Shown here: positions 55,184-63,899 of the stretch, one piece after another
Layout of the letters: each line of letters opens with the position of its first letter
Numbering within the stretch: position 1 is the stretch's first letter
The notes under the pieces: model-generated
What the model saw: only the letters and a program-made list of their open reading frames with translations
Told to the model about the DNA's origin: nothing
Database searches by the model: none
Origin: a virus
Virus record (IMG/VR): IMGVR_UViG_3300017963_000203
Location: 32,001-96,000 of that record
Length of the DNA stretch: 64,000 nt
Direction: 5' to 3' (one strand)
Made by a program: the position numbers and the translations under genes

Positions 55184-56020
55184 ATGAACGACGAACTTCT
55201 CCTCGATGAGAGGACCCCACGCCTGAAGGCGTTCGACGCCATCATCGTCAACTCTTCTGCTGGAAAAGACAGCCAGTGTGCCCTCGAGACCGTGGCACGT
55301 CTGCGAGCAAAGCAGAAAGTCTTCCCGCCCATCATTGTGAGCCACCAGGATCTTGGCCACATGGAGTGGCCCGACTCGAAGGCTCTGGCCGCCAGACAGA
55401 CCCAGCAGTACGGATTCCGATTCGAGGTCAGCAAGTACAGGAATCGCTACGGCGACTACCTCAACTTGCTCGAGTACGTAGAAGCCAGGAAGAAGTGGCC
55501 CGACAACAAGAACAGGTTCTGCACCAGCGAGTTCAAACGCGGACCGGGCTCCCGTGTGGTGACAAAGATCTCGAAGGAACTCCGGACATCCGGAATCCAA
55601 CGACCCAGGATTCTCCACGTCTTCGGATTTCGGTCGGAGGAATCCCCGGCACGCAAGAAGAAGGTCGTCTTCGAAGAGAACAGACGACTCAGCCGTGGGA
55701 CACAGGAGGTGTGGGACTGGCTGCCGATCCACCACTGGAAAGAGGACCGCGTCTGGGACACCATCCATGACGAGGAACTCCCCCATCACCCGGCCTACGA
55801 CCTGGGAATGCCACGTCTCTCATGCGTCTTCTGCATCTTCGCGCCGAGGGCGGCGCTCATCATCGCCGGCAAACACATGCCTGGTCTCCTCGAGAGGTAC
55901 GTAGCCCTCGAGAAAAGAATCCAGCACGATTTTCGTCATAAGATGCCGCTCCGTGAAATCCTTCAGGCCGTACAAGACGGCGAAACCCCGATGTGCACGG
56001 ATGGCGCCTGGAACATGTAG
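55184..56020 (+). CDS. PAPS reductase family (PP-loop, Fe-S) protein
   Basis: SSAGKDS, FCTSEFK, GFRSEESPAR, HPAY..GMPRLSCVFC. Confidence 0.85.
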   Translation: MNDELLLDERTPRLKAFDAIIVNSSAGKDSQCALETVARLRAKQKVFPPIIVSHQDLGHMEWPDSKALAARQTQQYGFRFEVSKYRNRYGDYLNLLEYVEARKKWPDNKNRFCTSEFKRGPGSRVVTKISKELRTSGIQRPRILHVFGFRSEESPARKKKVVFEENRRLSRGTQEVWDWLPIHHWKEDRVWDTIHDEELPHHPAYDLGMPRLSCVFCIFAPRAALIIAGKHMPGLLERYVALEKRIQHDFRHKMPLREILQAVQDGETPMCTDGAWNM

Positions 56021-56028
56021 GAGACACC

Positions 56029-56742
56029 ATGAATCGAAAGCAATGGACGACGCTGATGGACGGCGACGACCTCATCCTCGCCCACAAGATCGGAGACACC
56101 GGCTACTGGTGGGTCCTCTCCACCACTGATCTGGTATCGTGCTGCGGAGAGGAGGAGGCTGCCGAAATCTCTGGCAGCAAACGGATGCCCATCATGGGCG
56201 ACCTTGACCTCGTCCCCGGGAAGGGGGTGGTCTCGGAAGAGCAACAGGCCAAGGTACTGGAATCATGCGGATGGGAGGGTGCACCAGACACAGAGGAGGC
56301 TTGGGTTGAGATGGCGCGGTCCTATGGGCTCAAGGTTCCGGTGAACCACGCCTATGGAGCGACGAACGAGAGCGCCATTAAAAAGGCCCTCAAGGAAGCG
56401 TGTGTGGATCTCGACGGCAATGTGGATCACCACCTCGACCGCACCGTCAACAGAATCGGTCAGACAGGTCGGGAAAGTCTGGCCGGCGACATGCAGTCCT
56501 GCCTCAAGCGCGCTCGCTGTCGCGAAGACGCGTCTGACGAGCAACGGCTGGTGGCCCAAATATCAGGCCCCCGTGTGCGCCAGGTCAGGCAGAGCAACCT
56601 CACCTCCGAATGCTGGAACGTCCAGGTTTGGGGCCTGGAACGGTACGACGAGTGCGAATTCAAGGGAACTTCGGAGTGCGGTGGCCAGGAGATCCGAAAG
56701 ACGGGAAAGAACAAGAAGGGACACAAAGTCCCGATTTCCTGA
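56029..56742 (+). CDS. hypothetical protein
   Basis: AGGAG RBS, 237 aa. Confidence 0.7.
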   Translation: MNRKQWTTLMDGDDLILAHKIGDTGYWWVLSTTDLVSCCGEEEAAEISGSKRMPIMGDLDLVPGKGVVSEEQQAKVLESCGWEGAPDTEEAWVEMARSYGLKVPVNHAYGATNESAIKKALKEACVDLDGNVDHHLDRTVNRIGQTGRESLAGDMQSCLKRARCREDASDEQRLVAQISGPRVRQVRQSNLTSECWNVQVWGLERYDECEFKGTSECGGQEIRKTGKNKKGHKVPIS

Positions 56743-56753
56743 GAGGAGGCGCC

Positions 56754-57074
56754 ATGCGAGGAAAGGGCTGGCAAGGTCACAACATCTTTCGTTTCTGGAG
56801 AGTCGAGACGAGCCTCGGAGTCTTCGTACCCCTGACCAGGGAAGGAAAATTCATCGTCCCGGTGCTCGAGTTTGACAAGATCGGAAAAGATGGCGACTTC
56901 ACCAAACCATACACCTACACGCTTGAGTACATGGACTACAGATACGACCCGAACCTCGCCATGGTGAGCCGCAACGACGTGCCCGAGAGCATCAAGGACT
57001 ACTTCCGGGAGTTCTGCCGGAGCGGCGAGGAGAAGCGTGAGGGCGTGAAGCAGGAGGAGGTGGGTGTCTCATGA
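56754..57074 (+). CDS. hypothetical protein
   Basis: GAGGAGG RBS. Confidence 0.65.
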   Translation: MRGKGWQGHNIFRFWRVETSLGVFVPLTREGKFIVPVLEFDKIGKDGDFTKPYTYTLEYMDYRYDPNLAMVSRNDVPESIKDYFREFCRSGEEKREGVKQEEVGVS

Positions 57075-57397
57075 AGAAGCTGGCACCGCCATACGAGTAC
57101 CTCGGAGAAGACGACTGGTCTCGCAAGCTGTTCAAGACCAACACAGGCGTGACCCTGGTCGACGTGGACGGCGAGCTCTACACCATCGCAAGATACGCCG
57201 AGTTCGGGGAGGGTTGGGGGGAGCCTGACCATCCGACAGGAATCGAGACCCCTTCGACGGAACCGCACTACGACGCTGTTTGGGTCGATGCGCCGATGCC
57301 CGTGGACTACACGTGCTGTTGCGGCCTCTCCGTACACCCATCGAAGAGAAACCCGGAGGCAATTCACATTTCGGACTGCCCATACAAGGAGGTGTGA
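57071..57397 (+). CDS. hypothetical protein
   Basis: coupled start; YLGEDDWSR..GEPDHP. Confidence 0.65.
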   Translation: MKKLAPPYEYLGEDDWSRKLFKTNTGVTLVDVDGELYTIARYAEFGEGWGEPDHPTGIETPSTEPHYDAVWVDAPMPVDYTCCCGLSVHPSKRNPEAIHISDCPYKEV

Positions 57398-57843
57398 CGG
57401 TGTTCGTGAAAGACACAAAGCGTGGCTATACGGCGGATGGCCAGCAGAAGGCTTCGGGAAAGTTCCTGATGCTCTTCCAGGACCCGCTCCACGAAGGGCT
57501 TCGACCTCCGCTCCGGGCCTGTGTCCGGTCCGTGCACCTGCGCCAGCTCGGTCACTTCATGATGGGGGTCGTCAACTTGGCCGGCCAGGAGATCAGCCTG
57601 TCCGGGTCCTACGGGAGCGATGGCCTGCCCATCTACCTGAACCACAAGGTGAGTCACGAGGCTATCACAGCCGACGGCATCAAGAATCTGTGGGAGCAGC
57701 TCACGCCGCTTCCCCAGGAGTTGCAGGACGCCTTTTGGGAAGGCGGCGGACACAACTGCGCGGGCAAGGAGGCCGGGGCTATGCTCGAGTGGGCCCTGAC
57801 GAACTTCAAAGAGCTCACGAAACCAATCAGGAGATCATTATGA
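57394..57843 (+). CDS. hypothetical protein
   Basis: QLGHFMMG..LSGSYGSDGLP..FWEGGGHNCAG.E. Confidence 0.65.
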   Translation: MTVFVKDTKRGYTADGQQKASGKFLMLFQDPLHEGLRPPLRACVRSVHLRQLGHFMMGVVNLAGQEISLSGSYGSDGLPIYLNHKVSHEAITADGIKNLWEQLTPLPQELQDAFWEGGGHNCAGKEAGAMLEWALTNFKELTKPIRRSL

Positions 57844-58130
57844 GCTTCTATGCAGTCTACCACTCCCTGGACGGGAAGACGCTCGTCGGAGGCGTGATCG
57901 ACAGCGAGACGTCAAGGTTCCAGCGACGAGAGGACGTTGAGACCCGTATCTCGTCGATCAAGGAGGTCAACGCTGGTCGCAAGATTCGCTTCCAAATCAT
58001 CGAGTCCGAACTGCCCCCGGAGATCTTCCACCACTGCAACGACGTGCCGGCGACCTGCGTGGGGTGCGTGTGTTCCGGCTGCGGGAAGCTTTTGACCGAC
58101 GCGGACGCCGAAGCCGCAGCGAGGAGGTGA
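57840..58130 (+). CDS. hypothetical protein with Zn finger
   Basis: coupled start; CSGC. Confidence 0.6.
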   Translation: MSFYAVYHSLDGKTLVGGVIDSETSRFQRREDVETRISSIKEVNAGRKIRFQIIESELPPEIFHHCNDVPATCVGCVCSGCGKLLTDADAEAAARR

Positions 58131-58134
58131 GCAC

Positions 58135-58368
58135 GTGAATCTCTCTGTGAAGCATCTGCGGATCAACCCGTACAACCAGAACCCGGAGGAAGTTCCGGAG
58201 GGCACGGAATACGGGTTCTGGCGCATCGTGGAGCACACTGGGGCCGGGTGGTTCGAGTGGGACGGTCTGTACAAGACCAAGGAGGAGGCCGAAACCGCTA
58301 TGAAGAAGGCCCTTGAAGCGGAGGAACGCAAGCATGGACCCGAACGAGTGTCTGAAGAAAATCGATGA
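58135..58368 (+). CDS. small hypothetical protein
   Basis: GGAGG RBS. Confidence 0.55.
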   Translation: MNLSVKHLRINPYNQNPEEVPEGTEYGFWRIVEHTGAGWFEWDGLYKTKEEAETAMKKALEAEERKHGPERVSEENR

Positions 58369-58531
58369 CTTCCTCCGCGCCTACAAATCGGGCGACGAGG
58401 TGGACCAGTGGTGCCGTGACCTCATGGAGTGGCTCGACAAGGGCGGCTTCGAACCCGACTGGAACGAGTACGAGTGGGGCACGAACTATTTCAAGTGCCG
58501 CCGAATCGAAGAAGCAAGAGCCGGGAGGTGA
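58334..58531 (+). CDS. small hypothetical protein
   Basis: MDPNECL..L.EWL.KGGF.PDW. Confidence 0.65.
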   Translation: MDPNECLKKIDDFLRAYKSGDEVDQWCRDLMEWLDKGGFEPDWNEYEWGTNYFKCRRIEEARAGR

Positions 58532-58533
58532 TC

Positions 58534-58953
58534 GTGTCCAAGCGTTTCTGTCCGATCTGTCACGTCGAAATCGACATCTTGTGGTCGGTCGAAGGGTGTC
58601 ACGGTGACGAGGTCATCATCGGAGTGTGCAAGGAACACGGCGCCGTGAAGCCCATTCTGGAGGAAAAGCAGCCTATGATCATCGGTCACGCCGGCGACAA
58701 GGCCTATCTGGATGGAATCTCCGGAATGGTGCCTTGCATCGTTCTGAAGGTGACTCCTGAGGAAGTCCTCGTGAGAATGGACGCCAAGAAGGGGGTCCTG
58801 TCCTGGCACGGAATCCAGGAGTACGGGGATTGGAATGAGGAGGTGTCTTGGACGCACAACCAGGTGGTGCCAGAACGTGCTGTTCGTTGGCCGGACGGCA
58901 AGAACTCGTTTCATCCGAGGATCATGCCCTACAAGTGGGAGGTGACCTCATGA
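58534..58953 (+). CDS. hypothetical protein
   Basis: CPIC..C.EHG; RBS present. Confidence 0.6.
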   Translation: MSKRFCPICHVEIDILWSVEGCHGDEVIIGVCKEHGAVKPILEEKQPMIIGHAGDKAYLDGISGMVPCIVLKVTPEEVLVRMDAKKGVLSWHGIQEYGDWNEEVSWTHNQVVPERAVRWPDGKNSFHPRIMPYKWEVTS

Positions 58954-59273
58954 CCAGAGTCGCCAAAGCCACCTGCCATCTCTGCGGGATCGACTACACG
59001 TGGCTTATGAGCGGGCGATGGTTCCGCGGAACGAAGGATACCTGTGATCGATCCAGCACGCTGTGCCCGGACTGTTACGAGAAGGTCATGGCGGGAATAG
59101 CAAAATGGTGCCAGGAGCGATCTCAGAATGACTGGAACGGCTTCGTGGATCACCTCGCCAACCAGAAGAGAATGCCGCTCCAGGCCATCCTGGTCGTGCT
59201 CGACGCGCTCGACAAGTTCTGCCCAGAGTGCTTCGATGCTGAGCGCCCATGCTTCTGTTCGAGGGATGACTGA
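58950..59273 (+). CDS. Zn-finger hypothetical protein
   Basis: CHLC, CPDC, CPEC..CFC. Confidence 0.65.
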   Translation: MTRVAKATCHLCGIDYTWLMSGRWFRGTKDTCDRSSTLCPDCYEKVMAGIAKWCQERSQNDWNGFVDHLANQKRMPLQAILVVLDALDKFCPECFDAERPCFCSRDD

Positions 59274-59710
59274 TGGAAAAACGATTCGTGTACTCCTGTC
59301 CCAACTGTGGTTCGACAGAAGTCCAGCTACGCTATCCCGTGTGGGTGGATGCGAATAACATCGACGACAAGGAGAAATGGGAGTTGGATTTCGAGGCTTC
59401 ACCAGAAAAGGACAGCGACTCCGGCTACTGCATGGAGTGCGGCAACACAGAACTCCTGAAGAAGGAGGTGGTCGACGAGCCGGAACTGATAGGAGGACCT
59501 GTGAAAGCGGAAACAAGATTTGTCTGTAAACACTGCTCGAAAGAAAACTGTCTCGAGCACTGCCAGGAGACCGAAGACGGAAAACATGAGGCGGACCCGC
59601 AGAGCGCGACCGTCCCGGCCGGCTCCGAGTTCCTGGTGGACTACACGTGCAAGCACTGTGGTCAATCCGGCTCCCTGGCCGTAGACGAGAAGGACATCAT
59701 GTGGGAGTGA
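59273..59710 (+). CDS. multi-Zn-ribbon hypothetical protein
   Basis: CPNC, CMEC, CKHC twice. Confidence 0.7.
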   Translation: MEKRFVYSCPNCGSTEVQLRYPVWVDANNIDDKEKWELDFEASPEKDSDSGYCMECGNTELLKKEVVDEPELIGGPVKAETRFVCKHCSKENCLEHCQETEDGKHEADPQSATVPAGSEFLVDYTCKHCGQSGSLAVDEKDIMWE

Positions 59711-59723
59711 GAGGGGGTGTTGC

Positions 59724-60143
59724 ATGGGAGGAAGCCTGAACCACATCCTGGGGGTCGACGGCGAATTCACGATGGTGTGCATCGACAACCTTGGCGACGC
59801 CTACGAGGCCTTGAAGGAGTGCTTCGACCTCATCGTGATTCTTTCCGAAGGGGATTGCAGCCACGTGTCAGCCGCCTGTCGGCGTCTCGGAATCGTAGAC
59901 CCGTACCGAAAGGAAGATCGCCTCGACGACGAGCCCATGCCCGAACCCATGGCAGTTCCGGAGCGCGTTCGGGTCAGATCTCAGACCGCATGGCCTCCCC
60001 ACGAGATCCTCCGACGCCTCGTCGACCTTGCCGAATACACGCTCATTGACCAGAGCTGTGATCGACACGGACACGAGGTCGACCGCGCGGCCGTAGACGC
60101 CGCCAAGGAACTCCTGAGAGACATGGGTCATCCAATCTACTGA
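59724..60143 (+). CDS. hypothetical protein
   Basis: 139 aa ending at a terminator. Confidence 0.65.
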   Translation: MGGSLNHILGVDGEFTMVCIDNLGDAYEALKECFDLIVILSEGDCSHVSAACRRLGIVDPYRKEDRLDDEPMPEPMAVPERVRVRSQTAWPPHEILRRLVDLAEYTLIDQSCDRHGHEVDRAAVDAAKELLRDMGHPIY

Positions 60144-60164
60144 GAGCCGAAAGGCTCTCTTTTT
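60142..60164 (+). terminator. intrinsic terminator
   Basis: GAGAGCC-GAAA-GGCTCTC-TTTTT. Confidence 0.85.
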
Positions 60165-60177
60165 ACACCCCCTTTCT

Positions 60178-60196
60178 GTCATGAGAACTATGGAAG
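60178..60196 (+). promoter_or_regulatory. candidate phage early promoter, copy 7
   Basis: GTCATGAGA-ACTA-TGGAAG. Confidence 0.6.
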
Positions 60197-60207
60197 GGAG
60201 GCGTTTG

Positions 60208-60468
60208 ATGATCGTGGATCTCAAGGCCATGCGTATCGGTGCCGGGTTCAAGCAACAAGACATCGGCGATCGACTCGGAATCACACAGAGCCAGGTCAGC
60301 CGGTACGAGAAGAACCCAGGAGCAATCTCGCTCAGACTGCTCACGCTGTGGGTGAGCGCCTGCGGAGGCCGCATCACCATCGGATACCACTGCCCAGAAG
60401 AAATCATTACAGTTCCTGGGAAGTGGGTGACCCGTGAGTTGACCCCTCACAAACCCGGAGAGCCGTAG
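60208..60468 (+). CDS. XRE-family HTH transcriptional regulator
   Basis: LKAMRIGAGFKQQDIGDRLGITQSQVSRYE. Confidence 0.85.
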   Translation: MIVDLKAMRIGAGFKQQDIGDRLGITQSQVSRYEKNPGAISLRLLTLWVSACGGRITIGYHCPEEIITVPGKWVTRELTPHKPGEP

Positions 60469-60480
60469 GCTCTCTTTTTT
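60458..60480 (+). terminator. intrinsic terminator
   Basis: GAGAGCC-GTA-GGCTCTC-TTTTTT. Confidence 0.8.
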
Positions 60481-60491
60481 CTGGAGGTGAG

Positions 60492-60737
60492 ATGAAGACC
60501 GATTATCCATACATGACGTTCACCGAGGTCACCAATCCCGGGAAGAAAACGAAAATCTGGGAGATCGCCAGCAAGAGCAACGGAGGTCTCCTGGGACGCA
60601 TCAAGTGGTATGGGGCCTGGCGCCAGTACTGCTTCTTCCCTGAGCCGGACACCATCTTTAACATTGGCTGCCTCGCTGACATCGACGCATTCATTCACGA
60701 TGCGATGAGGGATTGGAGGAAAGAACGTGGAGCGTGA
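60492..60737 (+). CDS. conserved phage hypothetical protein
   Basis: KKTKIW..LGRIKWYGAWRQYCFFP..CLADI. Confidence 0.75.
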   Translation: MKTDYPYMTFTEVTNPGKKTKIWEIASKSNGGLLGRIKWYGAWRQYCFFPEPDTIFNIGCLADIDAFIHDAMRDWRKERGA

Positions 60738-61518
60738 AACACCGAAAAACCGACCCAGGAAAGGACAAGACCCGTTCGAGAAGTTCAAGGAGGCCTACCC
60801 GGCCACATTCAAGGTCGGTGACGACCATGTGCTACATGAGGAGTTCCTTCATGAGCGGCTACGCTTCGCCTTCGACCAAGGCAGGCAGTCAGCGGCCCAG
60901 CCGGCGGAAAGCATCGGCATGTGGACCGAGCGCATGGCGAGCGCCACGAAGATGCTCGACAAGTTGGGCGAAATGTCCGGCGTAGCCAAGACCGTCGACA
61001 TCAACTTCGCCATCGAAGCCGCCCTCTCCCTCAAGAAGCTCGCGAACGAACTCTACTCGGAGGTCAAACGCCTCGGAGTCCCAGCCACCGAGGAAGAGAT
61101 CGCCAGGCACCTCGACGTCTATGGCAACGCGTTCATCTTCGAAGGTCACCTCCTCAACCCGGCGAGAATGGTCATCAAGCTCGTCAAGGAGCGGGCCGGC
61201 GTGACAGCCCCGACGAACTACGAAGTGGTGCGGCGTGTAAAAATCGGAAGACCGTGGCCGAGTAAAACCCTCGAAGAAGAGGCCGTGGACATCATTCGCG
61301 AGTTCCACGATCTCTACTTCGAGGACGGAAAGCCCAAACTCCCTCCGACGGACCTGGCCGGAATCCATAGAGATGGCCTGGCCATGATAAAGATTCTGAA
61401 CCGGGTTCATCGCCTCCTCGAAGGAGAAGACCTAACGGAGGTTCCGGGCATGTCGGGCAACGACCTCGGCGCACTCATGCCAGATTGTAAGGACTACACC
61501 TACAAGGAGGAGGAATGA
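60727..61518 (+). CDS. hypothetical protein
   Basis: 263 aa, GGAGG RBS. Confidence 0.65.
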   Translation: MERETPKNRPRKGQDPFEKFKEAYPATFKVGDDHVLHEEFLHERLRFAFDQGRQSAAQPAESIGMWTERMASATKMLDKLGEMSGVAKTVDINFAIEAALSLKKLANELYSEVKRLGVPATEEEIARHLDVYGNAFIFEGHLLNPARMVIKLVKERAGVTAPTNYEVVRRVKIGRPWPSKTLEEEAVDIIREFHDLYFEDGKPKLPPTDLAGIHRDGLAMIKILNRVHRLLEGEDLTEVPGMSGNDLGALMPDCKDYTYKEEE

Positions 61519-61736
61519 CTGACGAGATCGAAGTTCAGGTGAACGGACGAACGTACTTGAAGACTGCTGACCACACCGCCCTCGTCATCGTCAAGTCCGA
61601 CCGACTCGATGAAGGCCAGGAGCTTCAGGTCCGATTCACCCAAGAAGGGATTGTCGCCGACCTGGTCGAGGATGGCCTGGTCGTTCAGACCTTCTCCAAC
61701 ATGTACGACGAGTTCGTGGAGGGCCTTCTGCGATGA
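61515..61736 (+). CDS. small acidic hypothetical protein
   Basis: coupled ATGA start. Confidence 0.65.
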   Translation: MTDEIEVQVNGRTYLKTADHTALVIVKSDRLDEGQELQVRFTQEGIVADLVEDGLVVQTFSNMYDEFVEGLLR

Positions 61737-61951
61737 GAATCAAGATCTACATCGAGACCGGGAACGCAGCCTTCGACGGAGATCCCCTTCCAGAGATCAG
61801 GAGAATCCTGGCGACGATTCCGAACAAGATCCAGGAGCAAATGGCGAGACCGCCGTCTGCCTGCAACGCGCCAGAAGCCGCCGACTGGCTGTACGACGTC
61901 AACGGGAATAAGGCCGGGCGCATCAACGTGGACACGAGATGGAGGGGATGA
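61733..61951 (+). CDS. small conserved phage hypothetical protein
   Basis: I.TGNAAF..EI.RIL..LYDVNGNKAG. Confidence 0.7.
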   Translation: MRIKIYIETGNAAFDGDPLPEIRRILATIPNKIQEQMARPPSACNAPEAADWLYDVNGNKAGRINVDTRWRG

Positions 61952-61952
61952 A

Positions 61953-62522
61953 GTGACTAATGGTGACAGAAAGCAGCGGCGAACCCGGTGCCACAAGCAC
62001 CCCGACATGCTCACCGAAGATAGATGCCCCCGTTGTGAGGTCGAGCGGCTGAAGAAGCTGAACGAGGACCTTCGGGCAGTGGCCGGCATCCACGGACAAA
62101 AAGCCACCGTCTACGTCTCCTACCAGTGGCGAAAGGTCCTGGCCCCACTCTTACAGATACTCGCGCTCCCGGAGAGGGAGGGTGAGTGGAACGACCCGAA
62201 GGTCCACATCGGGAAGGGGTCGGGGAGCGGAGACCGCGCCATCAAAATGCCCAAGGACCTGGCCGAAAAGATCGCCGAGATCGCCGATGAGATGGACAAG
62301 GAGTATGTCAAGGCCCTCCTCCAAGGATACAACGACGGCCTTCAGATCGTTTCCTCGTCCATGGGCGAGGTGTTCGACCGAATGACCAAGCACAGGGTCA
62401 AGCTGGACGCGAAGAGGCTGAAGAAGCTCTTCGCCAAGGACAAGTGCTACCGCGGCGAGTTCAACATCGCCAGAGACGCTCTCCAGAAAGAACTGTTCGC
62501 CATCTTCGACAAGGAGGACTGA
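61953..62522 (+). CDS. hypothetical protein
   Basis: C.KH..CPRC followed by a helical domain. Confidence 0.65.
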   Translation: MTNGDRKQRRTRCHKHPDMLTEDRCPRCEVERLKKLNEDLRAVAGIHGQKATVYVSYQWRKVLAPLLQILALPEREGEWNDPKVHIGKGSGSGDRAIKMPKDLAEKIAEIADEMDKEYVKALLQGYNDGLQIVSSSMGEVFDRMTKHRVKLDAKRLKKLFAKDKCYRGEFNIARDALQKELFAIFDKED

Positions 62523-62523
62523 C

Positions 62524-62730
62524 GTGGACAGAGAGCCCGACCAGTGGACGAGGAAGACTCCGATCACCTTTCAAGAGCTCGCTGATCTTCGCAAGAAGGC
62601 CGTAGAAGCTCTCGACGAGACCGTAGGGTCACCGGTCTCATTCACCTGCGACAACTGCCCATGGGCCACGGTATGCACCCTGGTCTTCGATGGGTACAAC
62701 ACCAACGGAGACTGCCTTTGGGAGAAATGA
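62524..62730 (+). CDS. small Cys-rich protein
   Basis: CDNC..C..FDGYNT.GDCL. Confidence 0.65.
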   Translation: MDREPDQWTRKTPITFQELADLRKKAVEALDETVGSPVSFTCDNCPWATVCTLVFDGYNTNGDCLWEK

Positions 62731-62731
62731 G

Positions 62732-62899
62732 ATGTCGTACGAAAATGATTTGGCCTGCAACGAGTGTGGGAGTGAAAAAGACGTGAAAACCGTGCAGATG
62801 CGCCGCCCGGGAAAGGCCACCGGATTCGTCCCGCAGAAGACACGCCTCTGCCGCAAATGCAGAGACAAGAACCACGGGAGATGGAGGTATTGGCGGTGA
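62732..62899 (+). CDS. small Zn-finger protein
   Basis: CNEC..CRKC. Confidence 0.55.
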   Translation: MSYENDLACNECGSEKDVKTVQMRRPGKATGFVPQKTRLCRKCRDKNHGRWRYWR

Positions 62900-63087
62900 A
62901 GATGCACAAATCCATCACGCAAGACCGCGTTATCGCGGCGGTCCACGAGGATGACTGTATCGGCTTCTGCATCGACTGCGGAGCCGAGACCAGCGGCGTA
63001 GAACCCGACGCCAAGGGGTATCCGTGCGACGAGTGCGGATCGAACGCCGTGTACGGAGCCGAACAGCTTCTCTTCGAGTTTCTGTAG
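62896..63087 (+). CDS. small Zn-ribbon protein
   Basis: GFCIDCG..VEPDA.GYPCDECG..VYGAE. Confidence 0.7.
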   Translation: MKMHKSITQDRVIAAVHEDDCIGFCIDCGAETSGVEPDAKGYPCDECGSNAVYGAEQLLFEFL

Positions 63088-63095
63088 GAGGAATC

Positions 63096-63506
63096 GTGGA
63101 CGCAGAAGAACCAAGAAAAATCGAGAATCTCAAAGACCTGGCGGAAGAGCTCGGGTCCGACGAGACAGAAGCAAGCATGAGCCGGCGCGTATACAAAGGA
63201 ACAAGTTGTGGAGCATGGCTTGCTCACACGTCAAACGGCGTCCGCGTTGGCTCCATCGTCGAAGGAACCGACCAGTGCGCAAATCCCGTCGAACTGAGTT
63301 TCCCGTTCACGGACAAGGAATTCTGGGCGGCCTTGGATGACATCGAGAAGCAGTGCGATGCCATCTGGAAGGACACGCACGGATGTGAGAAGTGCTGGCC
63401 CAACGGGACCGTCGACCAGTACGGAAATACATTTGAACCGGGTGAAATCGGAGCCCCTGTCAATCCCGACTGTCCGGGATGCGGCGGCGACGGGATCATC
63501 CTGTGA
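63096..63506 (+). CDS. hypothetical protein
   Basis: YKGTSCGAW..GSIVEG.D..THGCEKC..CPGC. Confidence 0.7.
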   Translation: MDAEEPRKIENLKDLAEELGSDETEASMSRRVYKGTSCGAWLAHTSNGVRVGSIVEGTDQCANPVELSFPFTDKEFWAALDDIEKQCDAIWKDTHGCEKCWPNGTVDQYGNTFEPGEIGAPVNPDCPGCGGDGIIL

Positions 63507-63516
63507 AGGAGGACCG

Positions 63517-63897
63517 ATGCGAACAGACCCAGATAAATTCATGCTGACGATCTTCTTCGTTGCCATGCTGCTCATGCTCGTTGGATCATGCGCCGAGAAA
63601 AAACCAAACGGGAAGATCGAGGTATCCGCGCCAGCCGTGACCGTTCAGGCGCCCACGCCAATCGTGCTTCCAGCACCCGTGGCGGACTTCGACCCTACGA
63701 CCCTCATCAAGAAGACGCTGATGGACCAACGGCCTGAGATCAAGGACTACTTCATCGAGTGGGGGTCAGACAGTCCAACGAACGTCTATTTCCAGGGAAC
63801 CTTCGACCTATACGGAGACAAATACGAATACATCGGCACCTGTAAAAAGATGAACACTGGTTGGAAGGTCTGGAACATCGCTATGAAAAAGGAGTGA
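63517..63897 (+). CDS. putative lipoprotein
   Basis: hydrophobic signal peptide ending in LVGS-C. Confidence 0.6.
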   Translation: MRTDPDKFMLTIFFVAMLLMLVGSCAEKKPNGKIEVSAPAVTVQAPTPIVLPAPVADFDPTTLIKKTLMDQRPEIKDYFIEWGSDSPTNVYFQGTFDLYGDKYEYIGTCKKMNTGWKVWNIAMKKE

Positions 63898-63899
63898 CC

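Noticed and set aside
32575-60196. N4-like hairpin promoter as a general model for the GTCAYRAGA motif
   Set aside because: Only the 51943 copy has a strong flanking stem; the other copies pair weakly or not at all.
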